From positions 1-64,000 of the IMG/VR virus record IMGVR_UViG_3300036770_006954: 64,000 bases of DNA; one strand, written 5' to 3'. Position numbers and translations under genes: made by a program. This document shows, piece by piece, positions 48,294-58,652 of the stretch. Positions within the stretch are counted from its first letter, which is position 1. Every line of letters begins with the position of its first letter. The notes beneath the pieces were generated by a model. That model made no database searches and was not told the origin of the DNA. It was given only the letters and a program-made list of their open reading frames with translations. This DNA is from a virus.

Positions 48294-51200
48294 TTAAATA
48301 TTTTCGAAAGAAGCTCCAGTCGGAGTAATTAAAAACTCAATATCAATAAATTCAAGTGCTTTAGTTGGTTTCAAGTAAATCTTTCCTGTCAAAGTGTTTC
48401 TATCCAAATCTTCAGGTGTAGACGCTACTGTAACTCTAAAGTCGTATAAACCACGGTCTCTTCTGATTGCATCCAAGATTGGGTTTACCGAATCCAAGAA
48501 TTGTTGTCTTACAATTTCATCGTTTTGTTCAAACAACAATCTTACCGCAACCGCAGATATCAATTTACGAGCCTGAAGTAATAAACGTCTTACATTCAAT
48601 CTGTTTAGTGCTGTATCTCTAATTTGTAGAGTTTTGTTACCCCAAATTACTGTACCAACATCGGAGAAAGTTGCAATTGGATTCAACCTTCCTTGATAAA
48701 GGGTGTCCCTATCTTCTTGAGTAAGTTTTAATCTCGCCTTCACTGAGTTCACAAGACCTCTTGTGTAACCTGCGGATGCGAACCAAGGGAATGAAATATT
48801 ATCGGTTAACGCTAAGTTTCTACAAACCTGACCTGTTGGTGGTATGTAAATCTGAGTGTTGTTTACAGTATCTCTTTCCAAAATCCATGGGTAATAAGAT
48901 GCGGTGTATGATGAATCTATACCTGTTTGGTCAAGGTTATCTACAGCTTCTTGTGGGTAAATAATTTCAAATTGTGAAGTACCATCATTTGTATACATAT
49001 TGTAGTCTGGTGTGGTCACAATGTATACCGAGTCAGCTCTCTCATTTTCAATCATACCAATTGCTAATTCACAAAGATTTGAATTATTAACATAATCAAT
49101 CCCAGGAGTTGCAAACACATTTATATTTGTTGATTCAGGATTAGCAAACGATAATTGACCCAACAAATATGCGTAGTAATCAGTGTTTGCAAAATCTTGA
49201 GTGTTGTCACCAACAACTATTCGTTTGAAAGTACCATCACCCGATGCGGTTGGATAACGTTGCGTCGGGGTTGCTCCTTGCAAATATCCTGATGCTCCTA
49301 AAGCAAACCTATCTTGGTTTGTTCTGAATTCTCTGTAGATGTCCCATCCATCGAAACCACCTTGGAATACACAAGTAAACTTTCTTGAATACAAGAAATA
49401 ATATGGATTTTCTTGATTTGTAGGTTCGTCATCAAAAGTTGCAACACCACAAACAAAAGCTGGTGTTCCACTTGTAACTTGGGAATTAGTAATTTGGATA
49501 ATTGTTGCACCAGAGTCCATGTGGAAACCTTTGGTTTGATAATTCCAAGGTTCGGAAGTTGTTGCCAAATCCCAACCTACAATAGGATTTTTCTTACCCT
49601 TGTATTGTAATAAATCGGTATCCACACCAAATTGAGAAGAGATGCCCAAATAAGTTCTCCTTACAATATCACCTGATGAAGAAACAATGTTGCTTCCACC
49701 AGCACTTGTGCCAAATGGTGGGTCAAAAATTGTTTCACCCGGGAAAAAATATTTGTTTTTAATAATTGGGAAAGGTGATGGATTACTTGCACTTTCGTAA
49801 ATTCTTTGTTCTAAACCAAAGAAACCACATGGAAGCGCGTCTATTGGATACTCGTCAGAGAGTTCAACCATTATGTAAGCCGAATTCAAAGGATATTCAC
49901 CATCTAAAGAGCCAATTTTTTTAGCAACAAAACTATTTGAACTTGGGTCCATCGTACAGTTAGTGAATTTTTCATAGACTACAGGATTAGCATCTGTGTC
50001 AAAAAAGTCTCTAACTTGAACGTCAAAAGTTAAATTATTAAACGAAATATTTGCTATAGAAATCTTCACCTCAGTGTTAGCTGTGTTACCATCACTTATA
50101 GTGTGGAACCTAAATAATTCAAAAACTTGGTTACCACGAAGTTCGGAAACGAACCAAGGAGTTTTTGGGGTTTGGTATTGTTCTAAGTTCCAAGCAATAC
50201 TAGTGGTTGAAGATTTGTCACGAGCTTCAGGTAATGCAATCATATCACATTTTACACCACGAACGTATCCTTTGTTATACCCATAATTTAGTAACCCCAA
50301 ATAAGACTCCTCCACAAAGATTGGAACATCTTGTCTTGGTTTAGAAAAATTGGTTATCCCCAAAACTTTGGTGATGTAATTTGCACTTGTTGAATCAAAA
50401 GATGCATCAAAAGCAAAAGTTTTACCCTCGAAAGTAACACCACTTAGTTGGAATGTAGCAAAAGGACTTGAAGAAACACCCGAATAAGCTCCATCACACA
50501 CGAGTTGTAAATCGGTTAAACCTGTAACTTGGTATTGTGGTCCGTGGTCATTAGCATCATAAATAGAAATACCTCTAGAACGAATTGTAGCTAAAATCAA
50601 ATTATTCCAATCTGAATAAGCACTTCCCGAATAAGTAAATAATTGTCCTGTTAAAGTACCTGAGAAAAATCCTGACGCACCCGTCACAAAATTAGTAACA
50701 GTATTGTACCAAGAGTAACCCGTATAAATGTTGCCTGAGGTAACATCAAAAGTTGCATAATACCAAGGGTCGTTACTACCTGAAGTTAAGTCCGCAAAAT
50801 CAACATTAACATTATCTACACCAAAAACGTTATCAAAAAGAGGATACGTCGTGTTAAGACTTGTATATGTGGAATTAGGAATGGACCCATAAACATTTAC
50901 TGTCGAAGCTGAAACAGAGGTGTTAGCGGAAATACTAAGCATAAACTGAAATAAATCGCTCGAGTAATTGGATGTTGACCCATCGATAAGCGAATATTGT
51001 GTATTCAAGTTGTTACTTATCAATGCAGGTAAAGCACTTGTAAATCCTATAGTGGTACCACTTGTATTACCAGTAAAGGTTGCCGAAAATGAAACAGTTG
51101 ATGCAGTTGTATTAATACCAACAGAACAACCTGCCACGTTAGCAATTGCTTGGATATTCCAAGACGGACCCGCATCGTAACCTGACAATCCCAAAATTCT

Positions 51201-51500
51201 AGTAACAAATAATTGATTGGATTGTTGAAGGTAAGCTTTAGCGATATAAGCGGCTTCGTATTTAGGGATTTGTGTGTTGATAAATTTTGTTGGAACAGTT
51301 CCACCAAAAAAAGTTTGGAATTCGTCAAAATTTGTTATAAAAATTGGTTCGAATGCCGGTCCCTTTAGAGTCTCACCTACCAAACCCAAAGTGGTTACAC
51401 CCACACTTTGTGCAACAAATGATAAGTCCGTTTCAGAAGTATAAACTCCTGGTGATACGAAAACTTTTTGATTTGCTTGTGATGTTAATTGAAAAAACAT
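48294..51500 (-). CDS. Tail sheath protein (T4 gp18-like)
   Basis: VSPGVYTSETD, GETLKGPAFEP, PWFASAGYTRG, WGNKTL, RLNVRRLL, PTKALEFI. Confidence 0.95.
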   Translation of the reverse strand: MFFQLTSQANQKVFVSPGVYTSETDLSFVAQSVGVTTLGLVGETLKGPAFEPIFITNFDEFQTFFGGTVPTKFINTQIPKYEAAYIAKAYLQQSNQLFVTRILGLSGYDAGPSWNIQAIANVAGCSVGINTTASTVSFSATFTGNTSGTTIGFTSALPALISNNLNTQYSLIDGSTSNYSSDLFQFMLSISANTSVSASTVNVYGSIPNSTYTSLNTTYPLFDNVFGVDNVNVDFADLTSGSNDPWYYATFDVTSGNIYTGYSWYNTVTNFVTGASGFFSGTLTGQLFTYSGSAYSDWNNLILATIRSRGISIYDANDHGPQYQVTGLTDLQLVCDGAYSGVSSSPFATFQLSGVTFEGKTFAFDASFDSTSANYITKVLGITNFSKPRQDVPIFVEESYLGLLNYGYNKGYVRGVKCDMIALPEARDKSSTTSIAWNLEQYQTPKTPWFVSELRGNQVFELFRFHTISDGNTANTEVKISIANISFNNLTFDVQVRDFFDTDANPVVYEKFTNCTMDPSSNSFVAKKIGSLDGEYPLNSAYIMVELSDEYPIDALPCGFFGLEQRIYESASNPSPFPIIKNKYFFPGETIFDPPFGTSAGGSNIVSSSGDIVRRTYLGISSQFGVDTDLLQYKGKKNPIVGWDLATTSEPWNYQTKGFHMDSGATIIQITNSQVTSGTPAFVCGVATFDDEPTNQENPYYFLYSRKFTCVFQGGFDGWDIYREFRTNQDRFALGASGYLQGATPTQRYPTASGDGTFKRIVVGDNTQDFANTDYYAYLLGQLSFANPESTNINVFATPGIDYVNNSNLCELAIGMIENERADSVYIVTTPDYNMYTNDGTSQFEIIYPQEAVDNLDQTGIDSSYTASYYPWILERDTVNNTQIYIPPTGQVCRNLALTDNISFPWFASAGYTRGLVNSVKARLKLTQEDRDTLYQGRLNPIATFSDVGTVIWGNKTLQIRDTALNRLNVRRLLLQARKLISAVAVRLLFEQNDEIVRQQFLDSVNPILDAIRRDRGLYDFRVTVASTPEDLDRNTLTGKIYLKPTKALEFIDIEFLITPTGASFENI

Positions 51501-51621
51501 GTTTTAATTTTTCTTATTCGGTTTTATTTTATTAGATAAATATTTGATTTGAAACGAAAAAACTTGACTTTTAAATATGTATTATTAAAGGGTATGTTTT
51601 TTTTCTACCTTTTTTCTTCCT

Positions 51622-51786
51622 ATGAAAAAAGAAGTCAAACAAATAAAGAATCTAAAGATTTCTCAAACAACGCATGAAGTTCTAAAAACTTATTGCGATA
51701 AAAATGGTTTTAAGATGTATCGTTTTTTAGAAAAACTTATTTTGGATACCTGTAAAGAACAAAAAGATATCTACGGAGAAAATTAA
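51622..51786 (+). CDS. Small ribbon-helix-helix-like DNA-binding protein (54 aa; below the ORF-track cutoff)
   Basis: MKKEVKQIKNLKISQTTHEVLKTYCDKNGFKMYRFLEKLILDTCKEQKDIYGEN; strand-helix-Gly-helix pattern; fills the intergenic gap. Confidence 0.7.
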   Translation: MKKEVKQIKNLKISQTTHEVLKTYCDKNGFKMYRFLEKLILDTCKEQKDIYGEN

Positions 51787-52847
51787 ACCAATGTCGATTG
51801 AAACTCGATAAAGGCTTCTTCACTTGCAGTTTGTTTTACAATCTCAACCCTGAATATATCCCCAGTGTTGAGTTGGATTTGGTTTAAATTATCTCCATAA
51901 AAGTCTTCGTTGATAAAAATTGAATAACCAAATACATTTGAACTATTCACAAAAGATAGGTTCACTCGATAGTCCACTTGGTCATCAACTAAAGTACTAT
52001 TCTCCGCGGTGAAAAATAATTTATAAGTAAATTCATCAGGATTGGGGGGGATAATTTGTGTTCTTTTTCCCTTAGGCACTTGAGTATCTACTTCGAAAAG
52101 TTGAACTACACGAGAAATTGCGGGTTTAACCTCAAATTCTTCCTCGTCTATCAAGTAACCCAACATGGTAAAATCGTAACTTTGAATGTAGTAATTTCTT
52201 CTGTCAACATCGATTACTGATTCGTCTGAAATATTATTCATTATTATGGGAACATACTGACCCTTGATAAAAGTGTATGCTTGACGAGAAGAAAAAGTTT
52301 GAAGAACATTTTTGTTGAATGTATTCAATTCCCTCATCCTGTTACAAATAATTTTCACACTGTAATTTATATCTACTGGTACTGGTTGGGGTATAGTATA
52401 AACATCATAACCTTTTTGGTTACCATTCCATGTTGGAACTGTGGCATAATAGAATTGTTTTCTAACAGGAATCGTATATTGAGTCGATGGATTGGTTCCG
52501 TATTTCACCTCAGGTTGTCTTACAAGAGTAATAAAGGGGAGTTGTACGTTAAAATCATTGTCTTTGAAGTTCCAAGTTTCTGTAAACTGTGACCATCTTT
52601 GATTTGTTATAATTTTGTCAATAACATTGATGTCTTTACCGGATACAGTTGTCTTTAATTCATTTTTGACAAATTCTAACATCCCCCCATCCAAATCGGC
52701 ATGAAGAACACTCTGAGGAAGGTAAGTTCCATCTTCATTAATGAATTGTAAAAGTTGTTCTCTTCTGGCTGACAAAGTCTTTGGTGGGACCAAGTCAATA
52801 TCCATTTTAATTTGTTTCTTGAAAATAGGGTTTTTTGGAAGTGCCAT
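51783..52847 (-). CDS. Tail completion/terminator-like protein (gp15-like, putative)
   Basis: ERW-like NQRWSQF, LPFITLVR, PVPVDINYSV; lies between neck and sheath genes. Confidence 0.5.
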   Translation of the reverse strand: MALPKNPIFKKQIKMDIDLVPPKTLSARREQLLQFINEDGTYLPQSVLHADLDGGMLEFVKNELKTTVSGKDINVIDKIITNQRWSQFTETWNFKDNDFNVQLPFITLVRQPEVKYGTNPSTQYTIPVRKQFYYATVPTWNGNQKGYDVYTIPQPVPVDINYSVKIICNRMRELNTFNKNVLQTFSSRQAYTFIKGQYVPIIMNNISDESVIDVDRRNYYIQSYDFTMLGYLIDEEEFEVKPAISRVVQLFEVDTQVPKGKRTQIIPPNPDEFTYKLFFTAENSTLVDDQVDYRVNLSFVNSSNVFGYSIFINEDFYGDNLNQIQLNTGDIFRVEIVKQTASEEAFIEFQSTLV

Positions 52848-53362
52848 TATGTACCGTAAAATTCATTTTGACTTGTTGGTGTTGCAATGATTGTTCTATA
52901 GAACGGTTTGTAACCACCATAAGTATGTTTATTATCAGACACGACACGACCATCGTCAGATACGGTGTAGTATCTAACTTTATCTTCAGACTCGTAATAT
53001 CCAAGGTAATCACCCATTTGAATATCGACACCCAATTCTTCCAAGTAGGCACGGTAAACAGAGAATCTCATATTACCAGGTTCATTCTGTTCAACACGAG
53101 ATGTACCGAGTCTCTGAGCAGTGGGGGATAAGATTTGAACATAACCCTTTAGTTCAACAGGAGCAAGGAACTGAATTCCACCCTCTGGTGATTCACCATA
53201 AACATCATCAATTCGAGTACGGTATCTATCGATACGATACAATACCACTGTGAAGTTCATATCACCTTCTAACCATTCTTGACCCATGGAAATATCAAGG
53301 CTGTAATCTTCTCCACCGAAGAATTTACCTAAGCGCGTAATTGGAACTAATTTCTCTGCCAT
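52847..53362 (-). CDS. Head-closure/neck protein (gp14-like, putative)
   Basis: DDVYGES...PVEL..., L...GVDIQMGDY; position upstream of the tail completion and sheath genes. Confidence 0.5.
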   Translation of the reverse strand: MAEKLVPITRLGKFFGGEDYSLDISMGQEWLEGDMNFTVVLYRIDRYRTRIDDVYGESPEGGIQFLAPVELKGYVQILSPTAQRLGTSRVEQNEPGNMRFSVYRAYLEELGVDIQMGDYLGYYESEDKVRYYTVSDDGRVVSDNKHTYGGYKPFYRTIIATPTSQNEFYGT

Positions 53363-53413
53363 AGTAGATATATTGATAAATACCTCTTTTTAATTTATAT
53401 TCTAAATAAAAAT

Positions 53414-53809
53414 ATGGAACTCATCTTACCAACTAAGATTTCGGTCAAACCAAGTGATATACATGGATTGGGAGTTTTTGCCACCCAAAAAATTTCAAAA
53501 GGTGAAGTTATTGAAGAAACTGCTCTTTTGGAACTCCCAATTCAAAAAGGAGAAAGAAGTACTCTTCTTATGAATCACCGTTATGTTTGGCCAAAAGGGG
53601 CTGAGTGGTATTGTCATGTGGTTGCCTTAGGTTGTGGTTCGTTATACAATCATTCTAATACACCTAATGCTGATTGGAATAATAATCTTGAAAATAATTC
53701 ATTTTTATTTACCGCGCTTGAAGACATAGAACCTGGTGAAGAAATTTTCGTTTATTATGGAGATGAAACATTTTGGGCAGATGGGAGGTCAAATATTGAA
53801 ATTAAATAA
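53414..53809 (+). CDS. SET-domain protein-lysine methyltransferase
   Basis: SDIHGLGVFA (motif I), YNHSNTPNA (motif III), DIEPGEEIFVYYG (motif IV). Confidence 0.9.
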   Translation: MELILPTKISVKPSDIHGLGVFATQKISKGEVIEETALLELPIQKGERSTLLMNHRYVWPKGAEWYCHVVALGCGSLYNHSNTPNADWNNNLENNSFLFTALEDIEPGEEIFVYYGDETFWADGRSNIEIK

Positions 53810-55563
53810 TGCCGATTGGAACAACAATAGAATCCAAAGCCATCTCAATTTTAGAGAACTACTCGGGGGCTAACAATTATATCTTGGGATTAAAAGTCAA
53901 ACTTGACAAAAACTCCAAGTTTTATCCTACGCGTAGTCAATCGGAATACATCATTAATAATCACTCCAAGACCCCCCTTGTTGCAAAAAAGTGGGTGGTC
54001 TTGGATTCTTATTTCGCAAATAAAATTGCAGATGAAAGATTTATGATGACAATTCCCGAGAGGATTTGGATTGAAAAATTGTTGGCAGAAAAAGACAAAG
54101 CCTATCACATTTGGGGAAAGTTTTCTGAAGGAGACCAACTTACCGACATGTGGATTCCTAAAGTAGCAATTATAAAAGACAATAAAGTTGAAATCTCTGA
54201 GGTGGATTACTCCAAGTATTCACACCGTCCACCCCTTGAACACCAAAAGGTTGCTATCGAAGAACTTTTAAAAAACAAGAAGTATATTTTGGCGGATGAC
54301 ATGGGATTGGGAAAGACCACCTCAACGATTATCGCCTCATTAGAAACGGGGACAAAAAAGATTTTGATTATTTGTCCAGCATCACTAAAGATTAACTGGC
54401 AAAGAGAATATCAACTTTACTCGGAAAAGACCAGCTTTGTTTGTGAGGGTAAGAATTATTCGGAAGACGCTGAAATTGTGATAATGAATTATGACATAAT
54501 CAAAAATTTCCACGATTCAAAAGACAGAAAGAATTCAATTATTCTGAACTCAAAGTTTGATTTGGTTATTATTGATGAGGCCCACTACATCCAAAATGTT
54601 CAAGCTCAAAGAACCAAATTAATCAATGACTTGGTAAGGGATATCGACCGTTTGTGGTTGTTAACGGGAACACCTATGACCTCTCGTCCTATTAACTACT
54701 TCAATCTTTTGTCGTTGGTGGATTCACCCGTTGCTAAGAATTGGATGGCGTATGTTGTTAGGTACTGTTCAGGTTATCAGTTCAAAGTTGGTCCAAGAAA
54801 AGTTTGGAATGTAATGGGTGCATCCAACTTGGAAGAACTAAGGGACCGAACTTCAACAACAGTTCTTAGAAGATTGAAAGAGGATGTTTTAGATTTACCC
54901 GAAAAAATTATCACTCCTGTCTACCTTCGTCTCCGTTCAAAACTTTATGAAGAGGTAATGGGTGATTATTACAATTGGTATGAAAAAAATCCTGAGGAAA
55001 GTAAAAACCTCTCGATTCAGTTCACTAAACTAACTCAGGTAAGACAAGTGATTGCTGAGGAAAAAACTCAACATACAATCGAACTCGCAGAAAACATTGT
55101 CGAGCAAGGAAAAAAAGTTATCATTTTTTGTAATTTCACTAAATCACTTGAAACCATCGTCAATCACTTTGGTAAAAGTGCTGTGAGGTTAGATGGGTCG
55201 ATGAGTAAAATTCAAAGACAAGATGCGGTTGACAGGTTTCAAGAGGATGATAAAGTAAAAGTATTTGTGGGGAACATCAAAGCTGCGGGTGTCGGGATTA
55301 CCCTAACCGCAGCAGAAGCGGTCATTATGAATGACCTTTCATTCCTTCCTTCAGACCACAGTCAATCTGAAGATAGGGCATACAGATACGGACAAAAAAA
55401 TAATGTTTTGGTGTACTACCCTATTTTCGAAAACACAATCGAGGGTATCATTTACGACATATTAAACACCAAAAAAAGAATAATAGCCACAGTTATGGGT
55501 GATACCCCTGATGAGACAAATATTGTTGAAGAAATTCTAAAGAGTATAAATCAGAGGAGATAA
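53809..55563 (+). CDS. SNF2-family ATPase (HARP/SMARCAL1-like)
   Basis: LADDMGLGKT, DEAH, LTGTP, LRRLKEDV, GVGITLT, QSEDRAYRYGQ. Confidence 0.92.
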   Translation: MPIGTTIESKAISILENYSGANNYILGLKVKLDKNSKFYPTRSQSEYIINNHSKTPLVAKKWVVLDSYFANKIADERFMMTIPERIWIEKLLAEKDKAYHIWGKFSEGDQLTDMWIPKVAIIKDNKVEISEVDYSKYSHRPPLEHQKVAIEELLKNKKYILADDMGLGKTTSTIIASLETGTKKILIICPASLKINWQREYQLYSEKTSFVCEGKNYSEDAEIVIMNYDIIKNFHDSKDRKNSIILNSKFDLVIIDEAHYIQNVQAQRTKLINDLVRDIDRLWLLTGTPMTSRPINYFNLLSLVDSPVAKNWMAYVVRYCSGYQFKVGPRKVWNVMGASNLEELRDRTSTTVLRRLKEDVLDLPEKIITPVYLRLRSKLYEEVMGDYYNWYEKNPEESKNLSIQFTKLTQVRQVIAEEKTQHTIELAENIVEQGKKVIIFCNFTKSLETIVNHFGKSAVRLDGSMSKIQRQDAVDRFQEDDKVKVFVGNIKAAGVGITLTAAEAVIMNDLSFLPSDHSQSEDRAYRYGQKNNVLVYYPIFENTIEGIIYDILNTKKRIIATVMGDTPDETNIVEEILKSINQRR

Positions 55564-55603
55564 TCAGTAAATGTCTATTATTTATAGAGAAATAATATAG
55601 ACC

Positions 55604-57130
55604 ATGCAACATATACAAGAATCAGTAGAGAAGATAGAAAAACAAATTCTTCACGAACAAAAAAGAGAACAAGCCAAAGAACTTTTACAAGAGGGAAAAA
55701 AAATCGGAATAGAAAAATTACCCTACAGTTACTCAGCGGTAAAAAGATTTATCGACTCCGAAACAATGAATGTCCACTACAACAAACACTACAAAGGTTA
55801 CGTGGATAAACTCAACAACTTGTTATCAAAAAGAAAAGGTGACCATGACCTTGAAAAAATAATCAGAAGTATTTCAAAGTATCCCAAAGGAGTAAGAGAT
55901 AACGCAGGTGGTGCATTTAACCACGCACTTTTTTGGAATATGTTATCTCCCCAACCACAAAGAATTGGTAAGGAGTTACTTACAAAAATCAAAAAAGATT
56001 TCGGAACATTCGAGAAATTTAAAAAACAATTCGAAGAAGTTGCCAAACAAAGATTCGGTTCAGGATGGGTGTGGTTAATCCTCACCAACAAAGGAACCCT
56101 TAAGATTATGTCAACCCCCAATCAAGATAATCCATTGATGAATGTCATTGAAGGCGGCGGATATCCACTTTTAGGCTTAGATTTGTGGGAGCATGCATAC
56201 TACCTCAAATACAAAAACAAAAGAGATGAGTACATTAAGAACTTTTGGACTGTGGTCAATTGGGACTTTGTGGAAGATATGTATACACTCAAAACACAAA
56301 CCAAGTTATTGGAGTCACAAGAAATGGGTAAGATACTAATGGAAACAAAATCAGAATCGTGTACAAGGGGTGAAGTAGAGTTCTACCGAGTGTTATTCAA
56401 CAATAACCTCAGAGCAAGAGATATCTACAAGAACACCATTAATGATGTTCTTAGAAAGTTATTTTCAGAGAAGTACCACAACAAAAGAGAAAATGGTGAA
56501 ATACCTGGCGTTTACGATTTAGAAAAACCTGGTCGAAGTGTCATTAACTATATGAATACAAATTACTCAGTTTTTTGTATAATGGTCAGAGACCTGAACA
56601 GGGTAATTACCAAGTCACTCAAGGAAAAGGCGGTAACTTTTGATGGCAAAACCCCTGCGGAACAAATCTCAGAGATGAAGAGACTTTGTAACTACATTGA
56701 ACAATTTAGTCCGAGAATTTTCGACCCGAACAGTCAGACATTCCATTCAATTATGAATACCCTTAAGGAGAAAGACAATGTCGGTACTCGTAGAGAAAAT
56801 ATGGCACAGGTTCGTTTACAGGAAAGTATTCCCAACGCCAAGGTAATCGTAACTGCAGGTGCTGGTAAAACCAAAGATGCAATCAAAAAAATTGACATGG
56901 AAATTGTTGTTGAAAACTCAAAACTTACGGCACAGGTAAAAGGATACGATGAAATTTTGGAACAAGATGGTCGTTTGGTTGTGACTAAGACTGGTGAGGT
57001 TGCAAAATACAATGTCGATTGGATGGTATTTGTTAAGGGTAAAAAAGTGGTTGTTTTCGAAAACAAAGGTGAAATTGTTATGGGTAACTATGTTTTCGCC
57101 AAAAACCAAATGATATACGATTTGAGATAA
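55604..57130 (+). CDS. Fe/Mn superoxide dismutase (Mn-type signature) fused to a C-terminal PD-(D/E)XK-like domain
   Basis: LPYSY, HYNKH, NAGG..NHALFW, FGSGW, NQD, DLWEHAYY; about 260 aa C-terminal extension containing IDM...AQVKG. Confidence 0.88.
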   Translation: MQHIQESVEKIEKQILHEQKREQAKELLQEGKKIGIEKLPYSYSAVKRFIDSETMNVHYNKHYKGYVDKLNNLLSKRKGDHDLEKIIRSISKYPKGVRDNAGGAFNHALFWNMLSPQPQRIGKELLTKIKKDFGTFEKFKKQFEEVAKQRFGSGWVWLILTNKGTLKIMSTPNQDNPLMNVIEGGGYPLLGLDLWEHAYYLKYKNKRDEYIKNFWTVVNWDFVEDMYTLKTQTKLLESQEMGKILMETKSESCTRGEVEFYRVLFNNNLRARDIYKNTINDVLRKLFSEKYHNKRENGEIPGVYDLEKPGRSVINYMNTNYSVFCIMVRDLNRVITKSLKEKAVTFDGKTPAEQISEMKRLCNYIEQFSPRIFDPNSQTFHSIMNTLKEKDNVGTRRENMAQVRLQESIPNAKVIVTAGAGKTKDAIKKIDMEIVVENSKLTAQVKGYDEILEQDGRLVVTKTGEVAKYNVDWMVFVKGKKVVVFENKGEIVMGNYVFAKNQMIYDLR

Positions 57131-57147
57131 TCGCGGTATTTATAGGT

Positions 57148-58266
57148 ATGGCTGTATTACCTGAACCCGAAAGAAGTAGAATCTATACACGACTTCGTCA
57201 CCAACTTGGTGCACCATTAAGAGCTGTAGAACTCGAAGATGAAATGTTGGACTCCTTGATGGAATTATCCATTCAAGACTACGAGCAATACACTTTAGAT
57301 TGGCTTATTGAATCTAACTGGGTTAACTTGGTCAACCTCAATATGAACGAGAAATCCGTTGCAAGAGCTTTAGTCACTCGTACTTTTAATTTAGAAGACC
57401 AATTCACATACGCATATTCTAAGATTGTAGGTTTACAAACAACCGGTCCCTATGTTTTGAAAAAGGATTACTTTGTGTTAAGTGCCAACACACAATCTTA
57501 TGAAATTCCTGCAGGACGAGAAATCAATGAACTTTTGTGGTTTTCAAACCAACCATTTCAAAACCTGGCCCTTTGGGGTACAACTGACTATGGATTCGGT
57601 GGTTTAGGGTTGGGTGCTAACCAAGCGGGATATGCACAAATTGGGACCGCAGGGTCTTACTTTATGTTAAGTGGATTTGATTACCTACTCCGTTATCAAG
57701 AAGCAAACATTCTAAACAGAATCTTGGGTGGCGCATTAACTTATAAAATTACAGGTCTTCCTGATGGTAAACGACTGGTAACTCTTTATAATGCACCGGG
57801 TTCAAACTTCTCATGGAGTAATTACTCGGAGTATACAGGTAAAGCGGTTTGGTATTGGTATTATGATGTCGATGGTGACAGCCGTGCTCAATGTATCAAG
57901 GATAATCCTGATATCATCAAGTTACCTTCAGATGTACCTATTGAAGAACTTTCTTGGGAAGATTTGAATGTACCTGCACAACAATGGGTTAGAAAATGGT
58001 TTACCGCTTACGCCAAAGAAACACTAGCCCGAGTAAGGGGTAAATTCTCAGGGAATTTAAAGACTCCAGACTCAGAGCTCCAAATGGATTACCAATCTTT
58101 ATCTACAGAATCTAAAGATGAAAAATCCAAGTTAGAGGAAGAATTGAAGTTAAGATTGGAAAGACTTCGTCCTGAAAAACAAATGGAAAAAGAAGCATTG
58201 TTGGCAGAAAATCTAAACAAACAGATGAAGTTTAGAGCAATGCCAAGACAAATCTATGTAGTTTAA
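57148..58266 (+). CDS. Neck protein (T4 gp13-like)
   Basis: RHQLGAP...VEL.DE..., WVRKW..A.AKE.L..VRGKF; TATTTATA immediately upstream. Confidence 0.75.
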   Translation: MAVLPEPERSRIYTRLRHQLGAPLRAVELEDEMLDSLMELSIQDYEQYTLDWLIESNWVNLVNLNMNEKSVARALVTRTFNLEDQFTYAYSKIVGLQTTGPYVLKKDYFVLSANTQSYEIPAGREINELLWFSNQPFQNLALWGTTDYGFGGLGLGANQAGYAQIGTAGSYFMLSGFDYLLRYQEANILNRILGGALTYKITGLPDGKRLVTLYNAPGSNFSWSNYSEYTGKAVWYWYYDVDGDSRAQCIKDNPDIIKLPSDVPIEELSWEDLNVPAQQWVRKWFTAYAKETLARVRGKFSGNLKTPDSELQMDYQSLSTESKDEKSKLEEELKLRLERLRPEKQMEKEALLAENLNKQMKFRAMPRQIYVV

Positions 58267-58267
58267 T

Positions 58268-58645
58268 ATGGAACATCAAGAAAGACTGAAATCTATTTTT
58301 GAATTTTACCTCAAAACAATGGAGAAAAATTTTCAAATAGTTAATACTAAATTGAAATTACATCTTGACACCAAAAATAATTTGTCAAGCTACACATTTA
58401 TAATTGAGGTAATACAAGAATTTGATGGTATCGATTTTCAAGAAATGGCGACTAATCTGAATCAAACCGAAGGAAAATTACAAGAAATATTTAGTAGGAA
58501 TATTATAAACAAAAATTTCAAAATTTCGAATCCTGAGAGTTACCCTAATCTTTGGGTAGGGGTACTCCTTTATAAATTATTCGCAAGTCACGAACAATTT
58601 CAAATGGAAAGTGAATGGGAAATTTATGTAGAATTAAATGATTAA
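58268..58645 (+). CDS. Hypothetical protein
   Basis: 125 aa ORF abutting the neck gene; very AT-rich. Confidence 0.6.
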   Translation: MEHQERLKSIFEFYLKTMEKNFQIVNTKLKLHLDTKNNLSSYTFIIEVIQEFDGIDFQEMATNLNQTEGKLQEIFSRNIINKNFKISNPESYPNLWVGVLLYKLFASHEQFQMESEWEIYVELND

Positions 58646-58652
58646 GTAAGTT

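Noticed and set aside
32136-53362. Bacterial eCIS/T6SS/tailocin locus rather than a phage
   Set aside because: Neck genes, PolB, gp32-like SSB, helicase and RNR are interleaved with the tail genes, and no bacterial housekeeping context is present
31292-57066. Many short opposite-strand ORFs in the track (e.g. 31292-31804, 55798-56121, 56734-57066)
   Set aside because: They lie wholly antisense to well-supported genes and have no recognisable motifs
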